Shown here: one piece after another, positions 1 to 10,342 of the stretch | Layout: every line of letters starts with the position of its first letter | Numbering within the stretch: position 1 is the stretch's first letter | Assembly (NCBI GenBank): GCA_044224875.1 | Contig: JBGAJQ010000035.1 | Location: 1-53,114, forward strand | Length of the DNA: 53,114 nt | DNA from: Gemmatimonadaceae bacterium | Lineage (GTDB): Bacteria; Gemmatimonadota; Gemmatimonadetes; Gemmatimonadales; Gemmatimonadaceae | Direction: 5' to 3' | Program-made: the position numbers and the translations under genes | The notes under the pieces: model-generated | What the model was told of the DNA's origin: nothing | The model's input: only the letters and a program-made list of their open reading frames with translations | The model's database searches: none

Positions 1-1
1 C

Positions 2-2218
2 ATGCGCATTGACAGCGCCGGCCGGTTGCTGCTGGGCAATCCCGGCCTAACGATCGTCGAACGTGGACGGGTGCAACATTATGGTATTGCGGAGGGCCTG
101 ACGGATACGGTCGTCAACGCCCTGTACCCTCGGGGCGACAAGATCTGGATCGCCACCGCGGACTCGGGCCTGTTTGTGCTGCAGCGGAATCGCATCGTGT
201 CCGTCGGGCAACGTGACCGGCGCCTCCACGAAGGGCTCATTGCGATCGCCGAGGACGACCTCGGCTACTTCTGGTTGGCGTGGCGATATGGACTCACTCG
301 GGTGGCCATCGGTGAACTGGACGGCGTGGCCGAAGGCATCCAGCGACGCCTCGCCCTCCGCGACTTCGACGCGACCGATGGCTTGGCGATCACGTCCTTC
401 GAGATGGACTACCAGCGAACGATCGCCAAGGACGCGGCGGGTCGTCTCTGGTTCCCTGGAACGTCGGGAGCCGTCGTGGTGGATCCACGAATTGTGCTTG
501 TCGATTCCACGCCCCCGCAGATTCACATCGAGCAGGTTGTAGTTGACGGGAGGCCGCACCCATTCCGCGATGCCTTTTCCTTGCCGGCCGGCGTGGGGCG
601 TGTCGAGATCACCTTTGCCGTCACCGACGCGTCGTTCCCACGGCGAGCCCGCGTCCGGTTCCGCTTGCGCGGTGTGGATACGTCGTGGACGGACGCCGGA
701 CAGCGTCGCACCGCGTCCTTCGGCCCGCTCCGAGGGGGCGAGTATCAGTTTGAAGTGCAAACTGCGTCCGACGCCGGGCACTGGACGACGGCACTGGCCC
801 GCGTGACGTTCGACGTGGCGTTCACCTGGCCTGAGCATGAGTGGTTCCTTCCCAGCCTGCTGCTTGCTGCTGTGGGGGTCGCCCTGCTGACGGCGCGAGT
901 GCGGCAGCGGGCGCTGGTACGGCGCGGTGCCGAACTGGCTCGGGTGGTCGACGAGCGGACACGAGACCTCGAGACGGCGCGCTTGACGCTGGAAGCCCGG
1001 GTGGAAGAGCGTACGTCGCAGCTGGCGGACGAACTCGCCGAACGCTCACGCCTGGAACAGCGTCTGCTGCAAGCGCAGAAGCTGGAGGGGCTGGGTCGCC
1101 TCGCTGGCGGGGTCGCGCACGAGATCAACAACAGCATGACGGGCGTGCTGGGGTTCACCGAGCTGGCGGCCCGTGCGGCGGGCGCCAACCCTGCGGTACT
1201 ACAAGACTTGGACGAGGCGCGCCGCGCCGGCGAACGTGTGGCTTCCATCACGCGCCAGCTCCTCGCGTTCGCGCGGCGGCAGCAGGCCACCAAGACGGTG
1301 TTTGACCTGCAGAGTCTGGTCGACCAGAATGCGCGCGGGTTGCGACAGGTCGTCGGGCCGGACGTGAGATTGAAGACGGCCGCGACGTCGCCGCGGCCAC
1401 CTGTGCACGCAGACCGTGCGCAGCTCGAACAAGTACTGCTCAATCTCGTCATGAATGCCAAGGACGCCATGCCCAACGGTGGGGAAGTCCTCATCCAGGT
1501 CACGCACCGCCAGCTAGAACACGTGCAAGCAATCGGTGGAGCGGACCTCAAGCCCGGTGAGTACCTCGTGCTCTCCGTGACCGATACCGGCAGCGGCATG
1601 GCAAATGACGTGCGCACCCGTTTGTTCGAGCCGTTCTTCACCACAAAACACGCCGACCGCGGGACCGGGATGGGGTTGGCGGTCTGCCACGGCATCGTGA
1701 ACCAGCACGGCGGAGCGATTGCGGTCGAGAGCCAGCTAGGCCACGGCACCACCTTCGACGTCTGGCTGCCTGCCGCCGAGCGATCCACCGAGATCCCAGC
1801 GGTCCCGTCAGAGCAACCCCCGGGGAACGAAACGATCCTCCTGGTCGAGGACGACGAACTGGTTCGCAAGATCGCGCAACGCGTTCTACGTGCCAACGGC
1901 TATCGCGTCATGGTAGCCGAACACGGCGGCGAAGCGCTGGCGCTCAGCGACGAGCAGCTCAGTCGTGTGAACCTGGTGCTCACCGATGTCATGATGCCGA
2001 AGGTGAATGGCGTGGAGCTCGCCCGTGGGTTGATCGCGCGCCGGCTGGACGTACCGTTCCTTTTCATGTCGGGCTTCACTGGCCACGAGAACGACCTGAC
2101 GGAGGAGCTGTCGCGGATGGGGCCGATGCTGGCCAAGCCCTTTACCGGCAAGGGCCTACTCGCGGCCGTCCGGCATGAGCTGGACCAGCGACCTGCATCG
2201 GGGTCTGCGACCACATAG
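2..2218 (+). CDS. Hybrid sensor histidine kinase (two-component-regulator propeller, Y_Y_Y, TM, HisKA, HATPase, REC); 5' end lies outside the window
   Basis: Propeller repeats (IAEDDLGYFW, KDAAGRLWF), Y_Y_Y-like FRLRGVDTSW..GEYQFEV, TM helix, H-box GGVAHEINN, N/G boxes NLVMNAKDAM, DTGSGM, FEPFFTTK, GTGMGL, receiver ILLVEDD..TDVMMP..KPF. Confidence 0.93.
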   Translation: MRIDSAGRLLLGNPGLTIVERGRVQHYGIAEGLTDTVVNALYPRGDKIWIATADSGLFVLQRNRIVSVGQRDRRLHEGLIAIAEDDLGYFWLAWRYGLTRVAIGELDGVAEGIQRRLALRDFDATDGLAITSFEMDYQRTIAKDAAGRLWFPGTSGAVVVDPRIVLVDSTPPQIHIEQVVVDGRPHPFRDAFSLPAGVGRVEITFAVTDASFPRRARVRFRLRGVDTSWTDAGQRRTASFGPLRGGEYQFEVQTASDAGHWTTALARVTFDVAFTWPEHEWFLPSLLLAAVGVALLTARVRQRALVRRGAELARVVDERTRDLETARLTLEARVEERTSQLADELAERSRLEQRLLQAQKLEGLGRLAGGVAHEINNSMTGVLGFTELAARAAGANPAVLQDLDEARRAGERVASITRQLLAFARRQQATKTVFDLQSLVDQNARGLRQVVGPDVRLKTAATSPRPPVHADRAQLEQVLLNLVMNAKDAMPNGGEVLIQVTHRQLEHVQAIGGADLKPGEYLVLSVTDTGSGMANDVRTRLFEPFFTTKHADRGTGMGLAVCHGIVNQHGGAIAVESQLGHGTTFDVWLPAAERSTEIPAVPSEQPPGNETILLVEDDELVRKIAQRVLRANGYRVMVAEHGGEALALSDEQLSRVNLVLTDVMMPKVNGVELARGLIARRLDVPFLFMSGFTGHENDLTEELSRMGPMLAKPFTGKGLLAAVRHELDQRPASGSATT

Positions 2219-2359
2219 CGTAGCTCCGGGCTGTAGAAGTGCCGCCAAGGTGTCGAAACTCCCATGCACTAGTCGACACCTCGAGTCCTTGGCCGCGCCC
2301 TGAGGAAAGCGGATGCTGCACCGCAGGGCGTTGGTTTGCGGACCAGACACGCGCGCACC

Positions 2360-3487
2360 GTGGAGCAACCCGAGTTGGCCAACGCACCGCAGCGTCATGA
2401 CGTACTTGGAGCCATCGTTGTCGTCGACGATGATCCGGTGGCGCGCGCGGCGTTGACGAGGCTGCTCAAACGGTCGTTCAGTCACCCGGTCGTAGCGTTC
2501 GAGTCGTCCGTTGAGGCGCTCCAGTGGTGCCTGCAGTCGACGCCCGACCTGATCGTCACGGATTTCGAAATGCCGACGATGAACGGGCTGGAGCTGGTGC
2601 GTCGACTGCGGCAGGAGGCGCAGCTGGCGGACGTCCCGGTCATGGTGGTGACGATTGCCACCGACCGCACGACGAGGTACCAGGCGCTGGATGTCGGCGC
2701 CAACGACTTCCTCGGCAAGCCGCTAGACGTGCCGGAAGTCCTGCTGCGGACGCGGAACATGCTGACTCTGCGTGAGAACCAGCGTGCCATGGCCAGTCGC
2801 GCCCAGTGGCTGGCCCACGAAGTCGCCAAGGCCACGGCCACCCTGGCTGCCCGGGAAGAAGAGACGATCTGGCGGTTGGCGAAGGCAACGGAATTTCGAG
2901 ACAACGAGACCGGCACGCACATCGCGCGCATCGCGCACTACTCGCGGCTTATCGCGCGCGAGCTTGGGCTGAGCGACGACGTGCAGGAGACGCTCTTTCT
3001 ATCCGCTCCCATGCACGATGTCGGGAAGATCGCAATCCCGGACTACATCCTCCAGAAGCCGGGAAAACTCAATGAATCGGAGTTGCTGCTGATGCAGCGG
3101 CACACGGTGATTGGATACGACATCCTGGGTGGCAGCAACTCGCCATTGCTGAACGCAGCGGCCGAGATTGCCCTCACGCATCACGAGCGTTTCGACGGCA
3201 CGGGATACCCGAATCGCATGCAAGGGACGGCGATTCCACTCTATGGGCGCATCGTGGCCGTTGCTGATGTGTTCGACGCCCTCACCACCCGGCGTCCGTA
3301 CAAGAAGGCGTGGACGGTGGATGCCGCCTTTGCCGTGGTGCGAGAGTCGCGCGGTCACCACTTCGATCCGTCCTGCGCCGATGCCTTCCTCTCCGTGCCT
3401 AACGAGGTGCTGGGGCTGCGTGAGCGGCTCCAAGACGTCGATCCGGCCGACGGAGCGCTCCGCGACCTTCCGTTGGTTTCCCTCTAG
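2360..3487 (+). CDS. Response regulator with HD-GYP c-di-GMP phosphodiesterase domain (RpfG-like)
   Basis: REC (VVVDDD, VTDFEMP, GKP), ETGTHIARI, HDVGKI, HHERFDGTGYP, VADVFDALT..RPYK. Start uncertain: GTG 2360 chosen, TTG 2336 possible. Confidence 0.92.
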   Translation: MEQPELANAPQRHDVLGAIVVVDDDPVARAALTRLLKRSFSHPVVAFESSVEALQWCLQSTPDLIVTDFEMPTMNGLELVRRLRQEAQLADVPVMVVTIATDRTTRYQALDVGANDFLGKPLDVPEVLLRTRNMLTLRENQRAMASRAQWLAHEVAKATATLAAREEETIWRLAKATEFRDNETGTHIARIAHYSRLIARELGLSDDVQETLFLSAPMHDVGKIAIPDYILQKPGKLNESELLLMQRHTVIGYDILGGSNSPLLNAAAEIALTHHERFDGTGYPNRMQGTAIPLYGRIVAVADVFDALTTRRPYKKAWTVDAAFAVVRESRGHHFDPSCADAFLSVPNEVLGLRERLQDVDPADGALRDLPLVSL

Positions 3488-3759
3488 CGAGCGTGTGAGC
3501 GTTGGGACCAGCGCCCGCGTCTCGGACGGGGTGTCGATGGGCCATCGGACGTCGGGGCTTCGAAGGTCGTGACCAAATGCGCGGCTTGACACGTGTGGCG
3601 CGCCGACCACGTCGGGGTCCCGGCCCAGGCTGGTCCACGTCGGCCTGCCGCCGATACTTACCCATGGCACGCATCGTCATGTAGACGCAGGCGGCACGTG
3701 TCGGACGTGGCACGTCCATGGTGTCAAGCGACTATCGGAAGGCTCACCTTGAGGTACTC

Positions 3760-4464
3760 ATGCGACCAGCGCATCTCCTGATCTCCACCGCGACCCTGTG
3801 TACGCTCGCGGTGCCACGCCCCGCGTCTGCACAAGTCGGTTCCCGCGCCCCACGCACGATTGGCTACGCCGACGCGTCCTTCGCCATTCGCTTCGGGACA
3901 CTCGGCGTTGGCGTTGAAATGAGCAAGTTGGTCGCGTCGCACCTGGCGGCCCGGGTCAGCGCGAACTACTTCAACTACACCAAGACGCAATCGCAGTCGG
4001 ACATCTCGTTCGATGCCACCCTCAAAGCGCAGTCCTTCGCCGCCCTGTTTGACCTGTATCCGTCGGCGCGCGGCGCCTTTCACCTGACGGGTGGCATCAT
4101 GACGAGCCCGGTGAAGGTCGATGGCACGGGCGTACCCACGGGCACGAGCTACACGGTGAACGACGTGGAATACACGGCCGCGCAGGTGGGCACGCTGAAC
4201 GCACACGCGAAGTACCCGTCGCTGAGCCCCTATGCGGGCTTGGGCTGGGGCACACCGGCGCGAAAGAACGGCCGCGTACGCTTCGTGATGGACTTGGGCG
4301 CTGCGATCGGTCAGGCAAAGGTCACGATGGATGCTACGGGTGCGCTAAGCAGCCCGGCGCTCGCGAATGACCTGCAGCTGCAGCAGGAAAAGGTGCAGAA
4401 AGACCTCGACAAGTATGGCAAGGTCTACCCCGTCGTGCAGTTCGGACTCCTATTCAAGTTCTAG
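3760..4464 (+). CDS. Exported outer-membrane beta-barrel protein, function unknown
   Basis: GAGG 3751 before ATG 3760, signal peptide ending ASA-Q, GTLGVG strand, PYAGLGWG, C-terminal VVQFGLLFKF beta-signal. Confidence 0.78.
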   Translation: MRPAHLLISTATLCTLAVPRPASAQVGSRAPRTIGYADASFAIRFGTLGVGVEMSKLVASHLAARVSANYFNYTKTQSQSDISFDATLKAQSFAALFDLYPSARGAFHLTGGIMTSPVKVDGTGVPTGTSYTVNDVEYTAAQVGTLNAHAKYPSLSPYAGLGWGTPARKNGRVRFVMDLGAAIGQAKVTMDATGALSSPALANDLQLQQEKVQKDLDKYGKVYPVVQFGLLFKF

Positions 4465-4546
4465 TATTGCGTCACGGCGGGGCGAGAAGCCCCAAAAAAG
4501 CATCGCCAACGTCCGCGCTAGTCGAAAACGAAGTAGCTTCTTGGGC

Positions 4547-5107
4547 ATGAACATTCTCGATGCCCTGGCGGCTCGCCGCTCAATCAAGCGTTTTCAGGAT
4601 CGCCCTGTCTCCCGTTCACAGATCGAAGGCGTCCTGGACGCGGCCGTTCTCGCGCCCAACTTCCGCCTAACGCAGCCTTGGCGCTTCTACGTCCTGGGCC
4701 GCGATGCCCGCGCCAAGTACGGGCTCGCGCTCGGTGAGCGAAAGGCCAAGAAGGCTCCGGATCCCGAGGCGGCCGTCGCGATACGCGAACGCACCGTGGA
4801 GGAGTACCGCTCGCTCCCCGCGATGATCGCGGTCGCCATGGTGGTGCCGGAAAACCCGGAGGCCGCCGAAGAGGACTTTGCCGCGGTGATGATGGCGGTG
4901 GAGAACCTGCTCCTGGCGGCGCTGGAGGCCGGGCTGGGAACACATATGCGAACGGGTGCGGTGATGAACGACCCGGCTGCCCGTGCCGCCATCGGTGTAC
5001 CTGACGGACAACGGATCGTTGCTACGGTGAGTCTTGGCGCGCCCGCCGAGGCACCAGTCAGCAAGGCTCGACAGCCGGCGTCGGCGCTTACCACTTGGGT
5101 GGAGTAA
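4547..5107 (+). CDS. Nitroreductase family protein (YdjA-like)
   Basis: ALAARRSIKRF, APNFRLTQPWRF, AVENLLLAA..GLGT. Confidence 0.9.
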   Translation: MNILDALAARRSIKRFQDRPVSRSQIEGVLDAAVLAPNFRLTQPWRFYVLGRDARAKYGLALGERKAKKAPDPEAAVAIRERTVEEYRSLPAMIAVAMVVPENPEAAEEDFAAVMMAVENLLLAALEAGLGTHMRTGAVMNDPAARAAIGVPDGQRIVATVSLGAPAEAPVSKARQPASALTTWVE

Positions 5108-5246
5108 TCTCACTTCAACGCGTCGGAATGCGGTACCCCGGCGGTTCGGCCGACAACGGCCGGTCACACGAGATGCCACACTTTCACGGCACGAACCAAG
5201 GACCATGACTGCGATTCACGGGCCCATGGCCGACAGGCCAAATCTC

Positions 5247-6704
5247 ATGAAGACTCTATTCGGATTCCTGGCGATCGGGCTGGGACTTGGGTGCCAACAG
5301 CCGCCGGCGCGTGCGGAATTCCAGACGAGCGGGAAAATGGCTGTGGTGTACACGACCGCCGACAGCACCAACTTGCGGCTCACACCGACGGACACGCTGC
5401 AATTCGCGCCGACGGCGCCGGTGTCCGAAGCCAAGGTGTACGTGTTCGTCGATCCGACAAAGACGTTCCAGCCGATGCTGGGTATTGGCGGTGCGCTGAC
5501 CGACGCCGCGGCCGAGACCTTCGCGAAGCTCCCGGAGCCGCAACAGGCGGAGGTATTGCAGGCCTACTACAGCACGGACCGCGGCATTGGGTACACGCTC
5601 GCCAGAACGAACATCAACAGCTGCGACTTCTCCAGCGAGAGCTACACCTACGTGGACGAGGGAGACAAGGACCTGCACTCCTTTACCGTTGCCCACGATC
5701 TGCGGTATCGCATTCCCCTGATCAAGAAGGCGATGACCGCCAGCGGCAACAACTTGAAGTTGTTCGCTAGTCCGTGGAGTCCCCCGGCGTACATGAAGGA
5801 CAACAATGACATGCTGCATGGCGGTCACCTGCGCGCCGAGTACTCTCACGCGTGGGCGCTGTACTACACAAAGTTCATCGAAGCGTATCGGAAGGAGGGA
5901 GTGCCCGTGTGGGGCATCACCATCCAGAACGAACCGATGGCGACACAGACGTGGGAGTCGTGCGTGTTTCAGGCGAACGACGAGCGCGACTTCCTCAAGA
6001 ACCACCTGGGACCGGTCATGAAGGAACAAGGTCTTGGCGATGTCCGCATCATCGTATGGGACCACAACCGCGACCTCATGGTCCAGCGGGCACAGACAAT
6101 CTTCGATGACCCGGAAGCAGCGAAGTATGTCTGGGGCATTGGCTTTCACTGGTACGAAGACTGGTCCGGGGGGCAGCAGATGTACGGCAACGTGGCTCTG
6201 GTGCATCGACTGTATCCGGACAAGCACATCCTGTTCACCGAGGGGACGCCGGCGAATTTCGACTCCACGGCCTACGGCCGATGGAGCCTCGGCGAAGCGT
6301 ATGGACGGTCCATGATCAACGACTTCAACTCAGGGACCGAGGGATGGACGGACTGGAATATCCTGCTCGACGAACGCGGAGGACCGAATCACGTCGGAAA
6401 CTTCTGCTTCGCGCCCATCCACGCCGACACGCGCACGGGGAAGCTCATCTACACGAATTCATACTACTATATCGGTCACTTTTCGAAGTTCATTCGACCT
6501 GGCGCGCGCCGGATACTGGCGTCGCCCAGCCGTAGCTCGGTGCTGAGCACGGCGTTCATCAACGACGATGGATCCGTGGTGGTCGTGGCGATGAATCCGA
6601 CGGTTCGTGGCGAGACGTATTCGGTCGTCGTGAGTGGCTCATCCATCGACGTCACCGCGCCACCGCATTCGATCCAGACGATCGTGGTGAAGCCGACGGA
6701 GTGA
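5247..6704 (+). CDS. Glycoside hydrolase family 30 (glucosylceramidase/beta-glucanase-like), probable lipoprotein
   Basis: GIGGALTDA, SCDFS, ASPWSPPA, acid/base QNEP, HWYE, nucleophile FTEG, WTDWNILLD..GGPNHVGNFC; LGLGC lipobox. Alternative starts 5205/5226. Confidence 0.92.
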   Translation: MKTLFGFLAIGLGLGCQQPPARAEFQTSGKMAVVYTTADSTNLRLTPTDTLQFAPTAPVSEAKVYVFVDPTKTFQPMLGIGGALTDAAAETFAKLPEPQQAEVLQAYYSTDRGIGYTLARTNINSCDFSSESYTYVDEGDKDLHSFTVAHDLRYRIPLIKKAMTASGNNLKLFASPWSPPAYMKDNNDMLHGGHLRAEYSHAWALYYTKFIEAYRKEGVPVWGITIQNEPMATQTWESCVFQANDERDFLKNHLGPVMKEQGLGDVRIIVWDHNRDLMVQRAQTIFDDPEAAKYVWGIGFHWYEDWSGGQQMYGNVALVHRLYPDKHILFTEGTPANFDSTAYGRWSLGEAYGRSMINDFNSGTEGWTDWNILLDERGGPNHVGNFCFAPIHADTRTGKLIYTNSYYYIGHFSKFIRPGARRILASPSRSSVLSTAFINDDGSVVVVAMNPTVRGETYSVVVSGSSIDVTAPPHSIQTIVVKPTE

Positions 6705-6745
6705 TCGACCGCCGGTTCCAATCAACAATCGTCTGGCGTCAGCCT

Positions 6746-8239
6746 CTAGCGGCTCAACTTGATCACCCAGGCCGGCTGGTTCATCGAGTCCTCGGGCACC
6801 TCCGGCAGCTCAATCACCGTGGCAGCTCCTTGCGCACGGACACGCAGTGGTTCGCTCGCACCCAGTAGCCGCGCCGATCTCACGGGACCACCAACATCGC
6901 GAACGGTGAAACGACGACCTGGCCAGCGCGGCAGGATCGCGTAGATGTCGTTCCCCTTCGACGTGAAGAACGCCTCGATGCTCGCCTTGCCTGGCGGCTG
7001 CTTCTCGGTCAGTCGCGTCACGTCGTACGAGCTGTTGAACTCCGCCTTGTAGTCCACCTTCGGGACCTCACCGGCGCTCCACTGACGCGTGCGCTTCCAC
7101 GGCCGAGTGCCGTAGATCGCCTCGCCATTCACCTTCAGCCACGCACCGATCTGCAGGAGGCGCTCCTCCATGATCACTGGAATGGTGCCGTCGGCGGCTG
7201 GTCCGATGTCGAGCAGCAGGTTGCCGCCACGGCTGACGAGGTCGACGAGAAGCACGACCAGTTCGCGGCCGGTATGATAGTGATCGACGCGCTCCGCACG
7301 GTTGTAGCCGTAGGAGAAGCCCATGCCACGGCTCTCCTCCCAAGGGTGGTTGATATCGCTCAACCCCGGAGTGTACTCCGTCGTCCAGTAGTCGCCGTGC
7401 TTGTGGCGGGTATCGCTCCCCCAGCGGTCATCCACGACGACTTCGTCTTTGACGGACGATTCGTTGTATAACCACGCCAGCAACTCCGGGCTACGCCACT
7501 CGGCGGCGGTCATCTCCCACTCGCCATCGCTGAAGATGATCGCTGGCTTGTATCGCGCGACGACATCTTTGAATTGCGGCATCATGTGTTCGGCGACGTA
7601 TCGCTTCTTGTCGGTCAGGTACAACGGGTTGTACCACTCATAGAGCGAATAGTAGAAACCCATCTTGAGTCCCTTGGCACGGACCGAGTTCGTGAGGTCG
7701 CCGAGCAGGTCGCGTTTGGGACCGATCTCAACGGCATTCCATGGGCGTCCCCAGGTCCTGGAGGCCTCGGCGCTTGGCCAAAGCGCAAAGCCTTCGTGGT
7801 GCTTGGATGTGATCGCGACGTATCGCGCGCCGGAGCGCTGGAAGATGTCGGCCCAATGGTCGGGATCGAAGAGTTCGGCTTTGAACTGTGGCGCGAGGTC
7901 CTGATAGTTGAACTCGGGTCCGTACATCCGCTTGTGGTACTCCCACGACCCCGCATCCACGGGGTCGGCGTTAGGCTTCCTCCCCTCGGTGATGGCGTGC
8001 CAGTACCACTCGGAGTAGGCGAGCTTCCCCGGGAGAACTGGCGCATAGGAGGGGACGGCATACACGCCCCAGTGGATGAAGATGCCGAACTTCGCATTCT
8101 GGTACCAACCGGGGATTGGGCGACGATCCAGCGACTCCCACGTGGGTTGGTACGTTTGCGCTGATAATGTCGTCGCGGTCGCTAGCGACAGGACGAGAGC
8201 GGTCACGAGACGAAAGGCCTTGCTGTTTGTCATGCCCAT
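6746..8239 (-). CDS. Alpha-L-fucosidase (GH29)
   Basis: KFGIFIHWGVY, TSKHHEGFALW, FSDGEW, VDDRWG, WEESRGMGFSYGYN, VSRGGNLLLDIGP, NGEAIYGTRPW; Sec signal. Start 8239 or 8233. Confidence 0.95.
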   Translation of the reverse strand: MGMTNSKAFRLVTALVLSLATATTLSAQTYQPTWESLDRRPIPGWYQNAKFGIFIHWGVYAVPSYAPVLPGKLAYSEWYWHAITEGRKPNADPVDAGSWEYHKRMYGPEFNYQDLAPQFKAELFDPDHWADIFQRSGARYVAITSKHHEGFALWPSAEASRTWGRPWNAVEIGPKRDLLGDLTNSVRAKGLKMGFYYSLYEWYNPLYLTDKKRYVAEHMMPQFKDVVARYKPAIIFSDGEWEMTAAEWRSPELLAWLYNESSVKDEVVVDDRWGSDTRHKHGDYWTTEYTPGLSDINHPWEESRGMGFSYGYNRAERVDHYHTGRELVVLLVDLVSRGGNLLLDIGPAADGTIPVIMEERLLQIGAWLKVNGEAIYGTRPWKRTRQWSAGEVPKVDYKAEFNSSYDVTRLTEKQPPGKASIEAFFTSKGNDIYAILPRWPGRRFTVRDVGGPVRSARLLGASEPLRVRAQGAATVIELPEVPEDSMNQPAWVIKLSR

Positions 8240-8421
8240 TCCCAATCGTAAGGAGGTACGGCACCAGAATTAGCTCGACGAATCGCTGGCCGGCTAGGGC
8301 GCGACCACTCGCTCCGCGACGCCCGGTTGCACCGTCACCTTCACACTCAACCCATGTCGACGATCGCTCGTCTGTCATGTGAAGCGGGTGGCGGCGGCTC
8401 GTACGTCACTGCGCCGCCAGG

Positions 8422-10341
8422 TCATCGCCCGGCGGTTGCTCCACGCGCTGGGTACCGCCTTCGTGTCAGGAGATCATCGAACGATGCCTGCAGCATGGCG
8501 GAACCGAGGCGCTGCTGGTCGGCGACCGCGTGGCCTCCCGACTGGACTGTTCTATGCGCCAGTTCGTCGTACACGACCCATCCGCGGGAATCGATGAAGG
8601 CGAATCCGTCGTGGTAGGCGAAATACGCGAAACCACGTGCGTCCCGCGCTGACAAGTCCTTCCCCCAGGCGAACGCATTGCCGTCCTGGCCAAGCTGCGC
8701 CAGCACGGTGGGGGCCACATCCATTTGCGACCCTACGGTGTGAATGACGGTATCGCGCAAGGCCAGCGCTCCGCCTAACCAGAGCATCGGGATGTGATAT
8801 CGGTCCGGTACGCGTTCATCCGCGATCGGGTCTGGAGCGGGACGCGGGCTTCCATGGTCGGCCACGATCACCACCAATGTGCTGTCCCACCAAGGTTGGC
8901 GTTGGGCGGCGTCGATGAACGCCCCGATGCTCGCATCCGTGTAGTGGTGCGCATTCAGGAACAAGGTGTCTTCGCTAGTTCCGGGAAACGTTGGCGTCTC
9001 GGGGACCTCGAATGGCTCGTGACTGCTCAAGGTGAGGACAGTACTGAAGAAGGGCCGAGCTTCTCGTGATAGGTCGTCCAATGCCCTCCGCAGCACCACG
9101 TGGTCGTGCGCTCCCCATTTCGAGTTGCGGTCGCGAGTGAGAAAGTCCCCGACGCTCACCACGCGCCCGTAACGGCCCAACGAGGTGTACGATCGCAAGT
9201 TCGCGAACTCGAGCTCCCCGCCGTAATAGAAGGAGGAGCGCCACCCCGCATCGCCTAACGACTTTCCGAGCATGGGAAGCGTGGCCGCCACACGTGGAAG
9301 GTCCAGAATCTCCTGGTGAGGGAGTGCAGGGAACGCGGAGAGTAACGCCACCATGCCCTGCGGCGTGCGGCCGGCCGAGGCGAAGAGCGAGTCGAAGAGA
9401 ATGCCGTGGTGCGTCAAGCGCTCGAACTGCGGTGTCACTCCGGGTACACCGCCCAGTCGCGCCACGACCTTGGACGTCAAGCTCTCCCATACGATCAGGA
9501 TGATGTTCGGACGCGCGATTCGCAGCAGGGGCGTCTGGCGCCCGGCAGCGGTCCTGAACATGCTATCCACGACCGCGCGCGCTTCACTCGGCGCCAGCAT
9601 CCGATACGGGTTCTGGGCCGGTTCTTGTGCCGCGGCGACGGTGGCGTGCACAAAATGCCACGAGGCATTCAGCGCTGCCTGGTTGGCGAAGTCGTTGTTC
9701 GAGAAGTAGGCGAAGCTCGGGTTCATGGGGGTCCACTGCAGTCCACCCCGGATCGGGATGAGCAACAGGGTGCCTAACGCCGCCGTCACGAGCGCGGACC
9801 TGAGGCCCGCAGGTGCCTCGTTGCCGAGCGGGCGAATCACGTACGCCCACGACAACCTCCACGTTCCCGCGAAGAGGGCTATCAGCAACAGTGTCAGCCG
9901 TATCCATGGCGACGAGGCACTGGAGGCCAGAGCTTCTCCCGGTGTGCGCAGGAACTGGATGAGCGACGCGTCCAGGCGAAAACGCCACGCAACAAACAGC
10001 TGAAGGTCCGCCACCGTCACCAGGCTTGTGAACGCCAGGGCAAGCCCAAAGTACAGCGTCATGACCCGCTGCAGTGTGCGCGGCCCCGCTTGGCCCAGGA
10101 ACACCAGCAGCAGCCACGGAATGATCGTGAGATAGGCGGCGGCAGACAGGTCCATCCGCAGGCCGTGCGCCCAAAGCCCGGCAAGGAGACTCGCATCGAG
10201 ACTTCGCGCCTGTCGCCCCTCGTACAGGAGAAACAGTAGCCTGGCAAGGACAAACCAGCCCGTCCAGAAGGCGAGGACACGCACCAGTGCGCCCAGTCGT
10301 ATGACCGAAGCGATGCGCGAGAGATACGAATAGGTCGGCAT
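8422..10341 (-). CDS. LTA synthase / phosphoglycerol transferase family membrane sulfatase-fold protein
   Basis: About 5 N-terminal TM helices with GLRMDLS and IRGG, then PNIILIVWES, nucleophile GRT, TLSSHEPF, YTD, VIVADHG. Confidence 0.9.
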   Translation of the reverse strand: MPTYSYLSRIASVIRLGALVRVLAFWTGWFVLARLLFLLYEGRQARSLDASLLAGLWAHGLRMDLSAAAYLTIIPWLLLVFLGQAGPRTLQRVMTLYFGLALAFTSLVTVADLQLFVAWRFRLDASLIQFLRTPGEALASSASSPWIRLTLLLIALFAGTWRLSWAYVIRPLGNEAPAGLRSALVTAALGTLLLIPIRGGLQWTPMNPSFAYFSNNDFANQAALNASWHFVHATVAAAQEPAQNPYRMLAPSEARAVVDSMFRTAAGRQTPLLRIARPNIILIVWESLTSKVVARLGGVPGVTPQFERLTHHGILFDSLFASAGRTPQGMVALLSAFPALPHQEILDLPRVAATLPMLGKSLGDAGWRSSFYYGGELEFANLRSYTSLGRYGRVVSVGDFLTRDRNSKWGAHDHVVLRRALDDLSREARPFFSTVLTLSSHEPFEVPETPTFPGTSEDTLFLNAHHYTDASIGAFIDAAQRQPWWDSTLVVIVADHGSPRPAPDPIADERVPDRYHIPMLWLGGALALRDTVIHTVGSQMDVAPTVLAQLGQDGNAFAWGKDLSARDARGFAYFAYHDGFAFIDSRGWVVYDELAHRTVQSGGHAVADQQRLGSAMLQASFDDLLTRRRYPARGATAGR

Positions 10342-10342
10342 G

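Noticed and set aside
745..1896. Long antisense or alternate-frame ORFs (also 11755-12786, 18595-19767, 32213-33538, 46728-47690, 51526-52533)
   Set aside because: Shadows of well-supported genes in GC-rich DNA; Arg/Ser/Pro-rich with no motifs
3488..3759. Repeated CCACGTCGG and TGGCACG words as a sigma54 promoter or ncRNA
   Set aside because: No TTGC at the -12 spacing and no RNA family structure recognisable
4479..4499. GGGGC-gagaa-GCCCC followed by an A-run as terminator
   Set aside because: The A-run is on the wrong side to give a U-tract after the stem on either strand, and the stem is short
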